Source of the DNA: an uncultured Gemmataceae bacterium
Lineage (GTDB): Bacteria; Planctomycetota; Planctomycetia; Gemmatales; Gemmataceae
Reading direction: 5' to 3'
NCBI GenBank assembly: GCA_963923355.1
Contig: CAWUOE010000001.1
Coordinates: 1 to 33,619, forward strand
DNA: 33,619 bases
Made by a program: the position numbers and the translations under genes. Under the pieces are notes generated by a model, which saw only the letters and a program-made list of their open reading frames with translations, did no database searches and had not been told where the DNA came from. The first letter of the stretch is position 1. Every line of letters starts with the position of its first letter. Of the stretch, positions 1-7,951 are shown piece after piece.

Positions 1-394
1 TCAAATCCGTGAATTATTGACCTATGATTCTTGCCCTGAAAGAGCCCGTTCAAACCTCCCGCAGCGGCACACCTTAATAATATATTTACACAAAGTATTA
101 AATAATAATGACTTATGTCAAATAATTAGCGGAATAAATTCTCTCTGAGCGCCTAACTTCCCAATTTAGGTTGGGCATCCCTCCATTCGATGGGGCGGTG
201 TATGCCTTTAAGCTTGGTTTCCCGTGTTTTTTATGGGTAGTTATCTGGATACTTCCCACAGATTTCGTTGGGCTTTTGGATCGGAATTTTCGCGCAGAAA
301 CGCTACAGTTGAACCAAGGCAGAAATCATTTGAGGCTTTGGAACCCGCGAGAAATCAGTCGGCGCGGGAAAAACCACATGCATGTCAGGGGCGA

Positions 395-3247
395 ATGATG
401 AGTTCCGCCGGCGGTATCAACGCAGAAAACTGTCCCCCAGACGAGGAACTGGCGGGGTTCAAAGCCAAATCCCTGGGGCCGGAGGCCAGGGATCGGGTGG
501 GGAACCACCTGAAAAGCTGCAAAGCCTGCCAGAAAAAGCTGACCCAAAACATCCGGTCGGGCATACGTGAATCAAACCGTTCCAGTGACCCATCGTTGGG
601 GAACGTGGGCGGATCTCCTCCGGGAGAAACTTTGCCCGTTGGAACCTTTGCCAATCCATCGTCCGCCGGCCCCTCGGGTGCCGGGAAGGATTCCAAAGCA
701 TGGACTCCTTCCACACCACCACCCAGCAACCTGGGTGGGGAAAAACCTCCCGAGCAATATCCCTACCTGGATCCGCCCGAAGAGCCCGGGGAAATGGCTC
801 GCCTGGGGATGTACAACATCCTGCGCGAACTTGGCTCGGGCGGCATGGGGGTGGTGTTTGACGCCATCGACCGGCGATTGAATCGCAGGGTAGCCTTGAA
901 GGTCCTGAAGCCGGAACTAGCGGACGACTCCTACGTGGAGCGCTTCAAGCAGGAGGCGCGGCTGGCCGCATCCCTCTCAGACGAGCATATTGTCACCATC
1001 TTTGAAGTGGGTGTGAGCGCGAATGTGGCTTTCATGGCCATGGAGTACCTGCACGGCGAGCCGCTGGACGCCCGACTGAGCCGGGATGGCTGGCTGCCGG
1101 TGGATGAGGCCTTGAGCCTTCTGAGGCAGGCCGCCATGGGTTTGGCAACCGCGCATAAAGCGGGTCTGGTGCACCGGGACATCAAACCGGCCAACCTGTG
1201 GCTGGAGCGTGACAAGGACAGCGGCCAATTCAAGCGGGTGAAGGTGCTGGATTTCGGCCTGGCCAAAGAAGTGGCCAAGGATTCCAGCCTGACCGCTGCT
1301 GGCATGGTGGTGGGCACCCCCAGCTATATGGCTCCCGAACAGGTGTATGGCCTGCCATGCGACCAGCGGACAGACCTGTTTGCCCTGGGATGTGTCCTTT
1401 ACCGGATGGTTTCGGGGAAATTGCCCTTTTCGGGCGAAGACACCATGGCGGTGCTGCAGAACACCGTGGATGAGCCGATGCCTGACATGAGCGATGTCGG
1501 GCGAAAATTTCCCCAGAAGGTGATGGAGCTGCTCAAGCGCCTGCTGGCCAAGGACCCGGATGAGCGACCCGCCGACGCCGGAGTGCTGATCAAACAGATC
1601 GACGCGATCTCCTCAGGCGGTGAGCTGCCTTCCTACAGCCCGACACCCTCTGGCGGATTCGCCATCAAAACGGTGGCGAAGAAGGAGGTCCGCAAAGTCA
1701 ACTGGCTCCTATGGAGCAGCGGGGCCATGGCATTTTTGGCCGTGGCAAGCAGCCTGGCCCTGTTTTTCCTCCGGCCGGTACCCAAAGGAGAAACCAAAGA
1801 CCCTGGCACCTCCGCCGAGGGACCCGCAACAGAAAACGTTGCCGTGTTCACCGGCGAGCCGATCAAGGTGGGTGTTTTGTTCTCGCGCAGCGGCCCGTTC
1901 CAGGTGGACGAGGTTCCGCTTGCGGACGCTGTGCGCCACGCGATCGACGAGATCAACGCCGGCACGTTGGACAAGAATGACAAACCGGGAATCGACGGAC
2001 GGAAGGTTGAGATTGTGCGCGCGGACGGCGCCTCGAACCCGACGGTGTATGCCGCCGAAGCGCAGCGGATGGTTGAAAAAGAAGGCTGCCGGGTCATCTT
2101 TGGGTGCTGGAGCAGTTCCTGCCGAAAGGCGGTGGTGGAAGTTTTGGAAAAGCAGGCCAAGGAAGGGCGCGACTGCCTGCTGTTTTACCCTATGCAATTC
2201 GAGGGACTGGAGGATTCGAGACAGGTGGTCTATCTGGGCCTGGTGCCCAACCAGCAGATCGAGAGGGCGCTTTCTTTCGCCCGCAAGGAATGGCTGACTG
2301 AAGGACCGAAAAGGGCAAGGCGCCTGTACCTGGTAGGCAGCGATTATGTCTATCCCAGGGCCAGCTTCGAGGTGGTGCGATTGTTTTTGGAAACCCGTTT
2401 CAAGGGTGATTTCGAGATCGTCGGCGAATCGATGGTACCACTGAAAAACCCTGCCCTGGCGGAAGAGGCGGCCACCAAGGCCTTTGCAGCCAAGCCTGAC
2501 CTGATCTTGAACACGCTGAACGGGTTGCGCGTGAACGAGCGGTTTTTCCAGGCCTTGCGCAAGGCGGAAGGTGACAAGCCAGATAGCCCGATCTCCACTC
2601 CGGTATTGAGCCTATCGCTGACGGAGCGAGACCTTGAGAAGTCGGAAGACCCCGGGCTTTTCGCCGGGCACTATCTGGTCTGGAGTTATCTGTCGAGCAT
2701 CGCCGGGCCGGAAAACCAGCGTTTCAAGGAGATCTGCAGGGAAAAACTGAGCGCGGCCACCGTGCCTTATGACCCATTGGAAGCCGCCTACTACGGGACG
2801 CGCCTGTGGGCCAAGGGCGAGGAGCACTGGAGGGACGAGGCCTCCAAAGCGGGAACCGAGAAGACAGGTGACCAGTCCACCGCCAGTTTGGATCGTTTAC
2901 GCAAGGCCATGGACCTAATTTCCGAGGCAGCTCCGCAAGGCAGGTTGAGTCCACTCCCGACACCCTCGACCCCTGGCGCCCTTTACACCCCGCACAGGCC
3001 CCGCTTCGGCCGGATTCTGAAGGACCGGGAGATCGAGGTTCTGGGAGCCCAATTAACGGACACTCCGGCAGACCCGTTCCCCGGACCGCAAAACCGGGAT
3101 GAGGCCACCGCCGCGCAGATCAAAGAAGCCAAAGAGGGCTGGGCCCGTTACCTGGATGGCCTGAAAAAAGCGTACGGTGGCCAATGGGAAAACACGGGCA
3201 GGGAACCTGCCCAGGTTCCGCCCGCCGACTGGTGGAAAAAGAAATGA
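395..3247 (+). CDS. Hanks-type Ser/Thr protein kinase with an N-terminal Cys-rich (zf-HC2-like) motif, one TM helix and a periplasmic AmiC/UrtA-like type-1 solute-binding domain
   Basis: The ORF 224..3247 contains the kinase motifs GSGGMGVV, VALKVL, HRDIKPANLW (His codon 1172), DFGLAKE and GTPSYMAPE. A TM segment WLLWSSGAMAFLAVASSLALFFL lies at about 1703-1772. The C-terminal half aligns by eye with AmiC/UrtA (IKVGVLFSRSGP, VIFGCWSSSCRKAV, LLFYPMQFEG, GSDYVYPR). The start was moved to ATG 395/398, after an AGGGG Shine-Dalgarno at 387-391. The upstream 57 codons look non-coding. Confidence 0.9.
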   Translation: MMSSAGGINAENCPPDEELAGFKAKSLGPEARDRVGNHLKSCKACQKKLTQNIRSGIRESNRSSDPSLGNVGGSPPGETLPVGTFANPSSAGPSGAGKDSKAWTPSTPPPSNLGGEKPPEQYPYLDPPEEPGEMARLGMYNILRELGSGGMGVVFDAIDRRLNRRVALKVLKPELADDSYVERFKQEARLAASLSDEHIVTIFEVGVSANVAFMAMEYLHGEPLDARLSRDGWLPVDEALSLLRQAAMGLATAHKAGLVHRDIKPANLWLERDKDSGQFKRVKVLDFGLAKEVAKDSSLTAAGMVVGTPSYMAPEQVYGLPCDQRTDLFALGCVLYRMVSGKLPFSGEDTMAVLQNTVDEPMPDMSDVGRKFPQKVMELLKRLLAKDPDERPADAGVLIKQIDAISSGGELPSYSPTPSGGFAIKTVAKKEVRKVNWLLWSSGAMAFLAVASSLALFFLRPVPKGETKDPGTSAEGPATENVAVFTGEPIKVGVLFSRSGPFQVDEVPLADAVRHAIDEINAGTLDKNDKPGIDGRKVEIVRADGASNPTVYAAEAQRMVEKEGCRVIFGCWSSSCRKAVVEVLEKQAKEGRDCLLFYPMQFEGLEDSRQVVYLGLVPNQQIERALSFARKEWLTEGPKRARRLYLVGSDYVYPRASFEVVRLFLETRFKGDFEIVGESMVPLKNPALAEEAATKAFAAKPDLILNTLNGLRVNERFFQALRKAEGDKPDSPISTPVLSLSLTERDLEKSEDPGLFAGHYLVWSYLSSIAGPENQRFKEICREKLSAATVPYDPLEAAYYGTRLWAKGEEHWRDEASKAGTEKTGDQSTASLDRLRKAMDLISEAAPQGRLSPLPTPSTPGALYTPHRPRFGRILKDREIEVLGAQLTDTPADPFPGPQNRDEATAAQIKEAKEGWARYLDGLKKAYGGQWENTGREPAQVPPADWWKKK
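1862..2950 (+). other. AmiC/UrtA-like periplasmic ligand-binding domain of the kinase (approximate bounds)
   Basis: Several blocks match my recollection of P. aeruginosa AmiC and cyanobacterial UrtA: GCW/Y-S-x-x-RKAV, L-x-YP-x-x-x-EG, GSDY-x-YPR. Confidence 0.75.
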
Positions 3248-3302
3248 CCGACCAAGATCGAGGCCATCACTCCTTTTCAGGTCCGGGAACCGGCCCAAGC
3301 GC

Positions 3303-4190
3303 ATGATCACCTACGATCGCCGCAACTGGTTCCGCCTGATCCTCCGTTTCCGGGGCACCGTCCTTCCACGTGTTCTTGGTCGGGTGGCCGCCGTGGCCAT
3401 GCTGAGCCTGGTGCTGACGGTCCTGAAACTGGATGTATTCCCCGTGGTGGAAGAGCGGCTGAAGTGGGACATTCAAATCCCCTCGCTGGACCCCATCGGG
3501 CACACGGTGCTGGGTGTGGCACTGGGCATGTTGATCGTGTTCCGCACCAACAGCTCGAACAGCAGGTACTGGGAAGGCCGAAGCCATTGGGGGATGCTGG
3601 TGAACCAAAGCCGCAGTCTGGTGCGGATTGGTCAGGTTTGGGCGGGGCCGGCGGAAGACCTGGCCCGATTGGTGGCAGCCTATGTTCTGTCGATCAAGCA
3701 GGTCCTTCGCGACGACCTGAACCTGGAAGAACTGGCCCACTACCTGCCGGGAAGCCTGTACGAACGGGTGCGATCGGTAGGAAACCCGCCCACGCGCCTG
3801 GCCCGGGCGATGGAAGACTGGGTGCATGAGAAGCAGATCACGGGAAAGATCGACACGCGAACCGCGCAATTGATGACTAACTGCATCACCGTCATGGTGG
3901 ACCAGCAGGGTGCCTGTGAGAAAATCCACAAGACACCGCTGCCGTTCATCTACGCGTCGCTGATCAAATTGAGCATCACCCTCTATGTCTTCTCCCTGCC
4001 GTTCGTGCTGATTGAAAAAGTGGGTTTCGCGGCCCCGGCCATCGCGGCGCTGGTTGCCCTTGGCATGCTGGGGATCGAGGAAGCCGGAGTGGAAATAGAG
4101 GACCCGTTTGGCCTTGAGCCCAACGACCTGCCCCTGGAGCAGATCTGCGCGACCATCGCCCGCGATACGGCACAATTGACCCGGGATTGA
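3303..4190 (+). CDS. Bestrophin/UPF0187 (YneE) family membrane channel protein
   Basis: It carries FRTNSSNSRYWEGRSHWG, the hallmark FRTN..Y.RWWEGR block of bacterial bestrophin homologues, plus several TM segments. ATG 3303 (MITYDRRNWF) was chosen over the Arg/Pro-rich extension from 3177. Confidence 0.85.
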   Translation: MITYDRRNWFRLILRFRGTVLPRVLGRVAAVAMLSLVLTVLKLDVFPVVEERLKWDIQIPSLDPIGHTVLGVALGMLIVFRTNSSNSRYWEGRSHWGMLVNQSRSLVRIGQVWAGPAEDLARLVAAYVLSIKQVLRDDLNLEELAHYLPGSLYERVRSVGNPPTRLARAMEDWVHEKQITGKIDTRTAQLMTNCITVMVDQQGACEKIHKTPLPFIYASLIKLSITLYVFSLPFVLIEKVGFAAPAIAALVALGMLGIEEAGVEIEDPFGLEPNDLPLEQICATIARDTAQLTRD

Positions 4191-4202
4191 TTCCCGAGCC
4201 TA

Positions 4203-5141
4203 TCAGGCTTCCGCCTTGAACAAGCCACTGTCCCAGCGCTTGTTTTTCACCGGGGCCAGGACGGCCAGCACCTCGGCCAACAAATCCTTATTCACCGGCC
4301 GGTTGACGGCCTGGAGGTTCGATTCCACCTCGGCGGGGGTTTTCATGCCCACCAGCGTGGTGGCGATCCGGTCATCCATCAGCGGGTACTGCATGGCAAG
4401 CTGGGCCAGGTCGGCTTTGTGACGCGCGCACACCTCGGCGGCCTTGCGGCAGGCATCCTTCACGGCCTGGGGGGCGGGGTGCCAATCCTGTGGGCCGGCC
4501 ATGGTGAGGAGACCCATGCTCATAGCGCTGGCGTTGATGATGCCGGTGCCTCGCCTTTGGGCCACGGGGATGAGTTCGCTCTGCATTCCGTCATCGAGCA
4601 AGGAGGCGTGGCAGTAGCTGATGATCACATCGAGCTGGCATGTCTCCATGGCGCGTGCCAACAGGCGGATGGGGTAGCCGGTCATGCCGATGAAGCGGCA
4701 CTTGCCCTGACGCTTGAGGTCCTGCAGGGCCTGGTAGGTCTCGGTGAAAACCATGTCGAGGTTTGGCTCAAACTCGATGTCGTGGGCTTGGAGGATGTCG
4801 ACATGGTCGGTCTTCAGGAGGCGGAGCGAGGTCTCGCAGCTTTCCTTGATGTGCTTGGCTGTGAAGTTGAACTGATCCTTGGCGATGCGGCCGCACTTGG
4901 TGGCGAGGATGACTTTCTCGCGCCATCCACCCTGCAGGCCGCGACCCAGGATTTCCTCCGACTTGCCTCCACCGTAGTAGGGACTGGTATCCACCAAGTT
5001 GACGCCACTATCGATCGCAAGATGCAGGGCGCGGATCGATTCGGCCTCCTCGAAACCGCCATAGAAGCCCCCCATGGGGCCGCCCCCGAAACCCAGGACG
5101 GAAACCTGCAAACCGGTGGTGCCTAGCGTGTGCCTGCGCAT
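4203..5141 (-). CDS. Aldo/keto reductase family oxidoreductase
   Basis: MRRHTLGTTGLQVSVLGFGGGPMGG...LHLAIDSGVNLVDTSPYYGGGKSEEILG is a typical AKR N-terminus. Start ATG 5141 has a GGAAGGA Shine-Dalgarno about 13 nt upstream. The ORF-track extension to 5243 is Gly/Arg-rich junk. Confidence 0.9.
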   Translation of the reverse strand: MRRHTLGTTGLQVSVLGFGGGPMGGFYGGFEEAESIRALHLAIDSGVNLVDTSPYYGGGKSEEILGRGLQGGWREKVILATKCGRIAKDQFNFTAKHIKESCETSLRLLKTDHVDILQAHDIEFEPNLDMVFTETYQALQDLKRQGKCRFIGMTGYPIRLLARAMETCQLDVIISYCHASLLDDGMQSELIPVAQRRGTGIINASAMSMGLLTMAGPQDWHPAPQAVKDACRKAAEVCARHKADLAQLAMQYPLMDDRIATTLVGMKTPAEVESNLQAVNRPVNKDLLAEVLAVLAPVKNKRWDSGLFKAEA

Positions 5142-5349
5142 GGTGTTGGTGAGTCCTTCCCTGGATGGAAGCGGGGCTTCACCGCGCGGCGCGCCCCTGC
5201 CGCATCCTGAACCAAAGCCCCATGTTCCGCACGGCGGGCCCACTGCGCAAGTGGGGAAGGCGCATGTTCCACACCCGCGGCCTTTTGTAGCATGACCTGC
5301 AACCTAATCCCCGCGGCTAACCCGTGGGAATGGCCCGGGAACCGCCAAC

Positions 5350-6054
5350 TTGGCCCTGTCGCTGGCATTGCTGACGCTCGGGATTTACCTGTTGCGGGTG
5401 GCGCGGTGGCATTTGCGGCCCCGCCCCACCCTGGTAGGCGGCGGGTGGGATTTCGGCTGGCTGGTACTGGGGGCTTCGGGCCTGTTGGTGCTGATGGTAC
5501 CCCAGATGCTGTCGGCCCTGCACGAGCATTGGCGGGCGTGGGCGATTTCCCGTTCTAAACCGGGTCTGCTGGGCTCGCCTTTTTTCTGGCACGCCTTGTT
5601 CGTGGCTTACTTCACCCTGGTGATTGCCTGGGTGCTGACAGAACTGTGGTTCCGGCTCCGGTTGACCCACCTTTACAACCTGAGGGCCTCCCGTTTGCGG
5701 CGTTTGCTACTGAAGGCCTGTCTGGAATGCGGGCTGAAACCGGAACTGGACGGGGCCCGATTACGCTTGAATCCGGAATCGAGAACCCTGCATTACCGCG
5801 GGGAATCATTTACCGATCCGGTCTGGATTTCCATGAAAATCTCCCCGGGATGGGCCTATGCCCAATTGGGCTGGAGCCGTTGGAACCACCCGGCGCGCCA
5901 GGAAGTGGAACAGGCATTGGACCGTGTGGCCGGCCCCCATGCCCCGCGTAACAACACGCTGGGAACTTTGTTCCTGGGTGCTTCCACCTGCGTGCTGGTC
6001 TTCTCATCGGGCCTGAGCGTGATGACAAGCCTGGGCCGGATTTGGAACCGATAA
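5350..6054 (+). CDS. Hypothetical multi-pass membrane protein
   Basis: A 234-aa ORF with a TTG start, at least 3 hydrophobic helices and GC-rich third positions. I recognise no family. Confidence 0.5.
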   Translation: MALSLALLTLGIYLLRVARWHLRPRPTLVGGGWDFGWLVLGASGLLVLMVPQMLSALHEHWRAWAISRSKPGLLGSPFFWHALFVAYFTLVIAWVLTELWFRLRLTHLYNLRASRLRRLLLKACLECGLKPELDGARLRLNPESRTLHYRGESFTDPVWISMKISPGWAYAQLGWSRWNHPARQEVEQALDRVAGPHAPRNNTLGTLFLGASTCVLVFSSGLSVMTSLGRIWNR

Positions 6055-6085
6055 AAAAACGCACGACCCCAGGCCGCGCGTTTTT
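6053..6085. terminator. Probable bidirectional intrinsic terminator between convergent genes
   Basis: An A-run (6053-6059) is followed by a 7-bp stem with one mismatch (6059-6065 / 6075-6081) and a T-run (6081-6085). Confidence 0.4.
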
Positions 6086-6107
6086 GAAATATTTCAGGTT
6101 CGAAGTA

Positions 6108-6350
6108 TTACTTCTTGGCTCCTGCGGCCGGCTTTGCGGCCTTGGCGTCCTTGGGATCCTCAGCGGCCTTGGCAGCCTTTTTGGGCTTTTTGCCAAGCTT
6201 CATCACGCGGACCTTGGGCAGGTTGAAAGGGCTGCGCCCATCGGTCCATTTGTCGTCGGCCTTGAGGGCCTCGATGCGCTCGGCGCGGGTGAGAACACTG
6301 CGACTGCCCGACATGTCGCTTTTACGACGAAGGCTCTTGTCGATGGACAT
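6108..6350 (-). CDS. Small lysine-rich basic protein, resembling the PVC-typical 'small basic protein' family
   Basis: The 80-aa product is MSIDKSLRRKSDMSGSRSVLTRAERIEALKADDKW...LPKVRVMKLGKKPKKAAKAAE.... Start ATG 6350 has a GAGGGA Shine-Dalgarno. The family assignment is from memory (the TIGR 'small basic protein' model). The longer 217-aa ORF is rejected. Confidence 0.65.
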   Translation of the reverse strand: MSIDKSLRRKSDMSGSRSVLTRAERIEALKADDKWTDGRSPFNLPKVRVMKLGKKPKKAAKAAEDPKDAKAAKPAAGAKK

Positions 6351-6586
6351 GGACCACAATCCCTCAAAAAAAACCAAACCCGCCAAGTCACCATCGAAGG
6401 TGGGTTGCGGGCGATGAGTGTTGTCAGGTTTCGAAACAGCACTTTCGGGCGCTGGAATCGACTTGCCTTGAATCTGAAGATATATCCTAGAAAGGGAAAT
6501 CAGGCAATCCGAAGCCACGGCTCGGCCAGCCATGACCTGTTTGCAAACCAGGGTTCCGGGCCATCTTCCGGAGCGGAGAGTAGAGC

Positions 6587-7876
6587 ATGCGTGTTCGTCT
6601 TGATTATGGGAAGACTGGGCTGGATGTGGAATTGCCGGGCAATGGCCGGGTCGTCGGCCCCCTTTCCATCCGGGAAGCTCCCCCCTTGGCCAACCCCCAA
6701 GCGGCATTGGAAGCGGCATTAGCCAACCCGATTGGCACAAAGCCCTTGGCCGAGCTAGCAAAAGGCAAAAAAGATGCCTGCATTGTCATTTGTGATATCA
6801 CTCGACCGGTACCCAATCAGCTGCTGTTGCCACCTATTTTGCGGACGCTGGAGCAGGCGGGCATCCCCCGGGACAAAATCACCATCCTGATCGCCACCGG
6901 TCTGCACCGCCCCAACGAGGGGGATGAGTTGGTGGAGTTGGTTGGCGCAGAGGTGGCCAAAAATTACCGCTGCGTGAACCATCACGGCAAGGTGCGCGAG
7001 GAGCATGATTTCATTGGCACGACGCCACGAGGCGTACCGGCATGGATTGACAGCCGTTATGTACGCGCGGACCTGAAGATCACGACGGGGCTGATCGAAC
7101 CGCACCTGATGGCGGGCTATTCCGGTGGACGGAAGCTGATCTGCCCGGGCATTGCCGGACTGGACACTGTGAAGGTGTGGCATGGGCCTAAATTCCTGGA
7201 AGACCCGCGAGCGGATTGCGGCATCCTGGAAGGGAACCCGGTGCACGAGGAGAACACCCTTATCGCGAAGATGGCGGGGTGTGACTTCATCGTGAATGTG
7301 GCGATCGACGGCAAGCGACAGGTCACCTGGCTGGGCGCCGGGGACATGATGGACGCCTGGATGGAAGGCGTGAAATTCGTGGAGCAGGTGGTGCGCGTGG
7401 GCGTGCGCGAACCGCTGGACATTGTGGTGACCTCGTGCGCGGGCTACCCCTTGGACACTACTTGGTACCAAGCGGTGAAGGGGTTGACGGGGGCGCTGCC
7501 CATCGTGAAACGGGGCGGCACCATCATCCTGGCTGCCAGCCTGACGGAGGGTATTGGCAGCCCCGAGTTCCAGGAAGTGCTGCGGGATAACCCGTCGCTG
7601 GAGGAGTTCATCGACCGGATCCAGAACACGGACTACTTCGTGATGGATCAGTGGCAGGTGGAGGAATTGGCCAAGGTGCGGCGGCGCTGCAAGGTGAAGG
7701 TGGTGACGCAGGGACTGAGCGCCGAGGTGCTGAGGAATTGCCATGTGGAACCGGCCGAGAGCGTGGAGAAGGCCATCGCTGACTGCCTGGAGGAATACGG
7801 CCCCAATGCCCGGATCGGGGTGATCCCCAAGGGGCCATATGTGCTGCCTTTCGTGGAGACAGCAGCGCCGGTTTGA
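6587..7876 (+). CDS. larA: LarA-family nickel-pincer-cofactor-dependent 2-hydroxyacid racemase/epimerase homologue (DUF2088)
   Basis: ATGLHRPN and [19 protein letters not shown] match the LarA ATGxHR and EPHxxAGxSGGRK blocks, which hold the catalytic His residues and the cofactor-binding Lys. GGAGAG Shine-Dalgarno at 6575-6580. Confidence 0.85.
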   Translation: MRVRLDYGKTGLDVELPGNGRVVGPLSIREAPPLANPQAALEAALANPIGTKPLAELAKGKKDACIVICDITRPVPNQLLLPPILRTLEQAGIPRDKITILIATGLHRPNEGDELVELVGAEVAKNYRCVNHHGKVREEHDFIGTTPRGVPAWIDSRYVRADLKITTGLIEPHLMAGYSGGRKLICPGIAGLDTVKVWHGPKFLEDPRADCGILEGNPVHEENTLIAKMAGCDFIVNVAIDGKRQVTWLGAGDMMDAWMEGVKFVEQVVRVGVREPLDIVVTSCAGYPLDTTWYQAVKGLTGALPIVKRGGTIILAASLTEGIGSPEFQEVLRDNPSLEEFIDRIQNTDYFVMDQWQVEELAKVRRRCKVKVVTQGLSAEVLRNCHVEPAESVEKAIADCLEEYGPNARIGVIPKGPYVLPFVETAAPV

Positions 7877-7951
7877 CCGGTTTCGGCCAAACCAGGGAGC
7901 GCCCGGCATCGTCAGGTAGATGTCGGGCGACGTTCAATGGAGGGGTGAGCC

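Noticed and set aside
1-26. TCAAATCC at the very start resembles a tRNA T-loop (GGTTCAAATCC). It hinted at a tRNA 3' end or att site next to the AT-rich block.
   Set aside because: Only 8 nt are visible. The implied acceptor strand (AATTATT) is all A/T and has no CCA, which is implausible for a bacterial tRNA. It cannot be supported from this window.
1-53. A possible minus-strand gene start at the left edge (TTG at 53-51 preceded by GGGAGG, reading out of the window).
   Set aside because: The Shine-Dalgarno-to-start spacing is only 1 nt and just 17 codons are visible, which is not enough to support a feature.
224-394. N-terminal extensions offered by the ORF track: kinase 224-394, bestrophin 3177-3302, AKR 5142-5243, SDR 17047-17259, lipoprotein 17039-17095, DJ-1 23704-23949, rsmD 24380-24418, small basic protein 6351-6761.
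   Set aside because: The extensions are compositionally odd (Arg/Pro/Gly-rich), lack homology to the families, and in several cases overlap the neighbouring gene. Internal ATGs with Shine-Dalgarno-like sequences give canonical N-termini.
6086-6100. GGTTCGAAG, a T-loop-like motif in the 6055-6107 spacer.
   Set aside because: The spacer is only 53 nt and is occupied by a terminator hairpin. There is no room for a cloverleaf.
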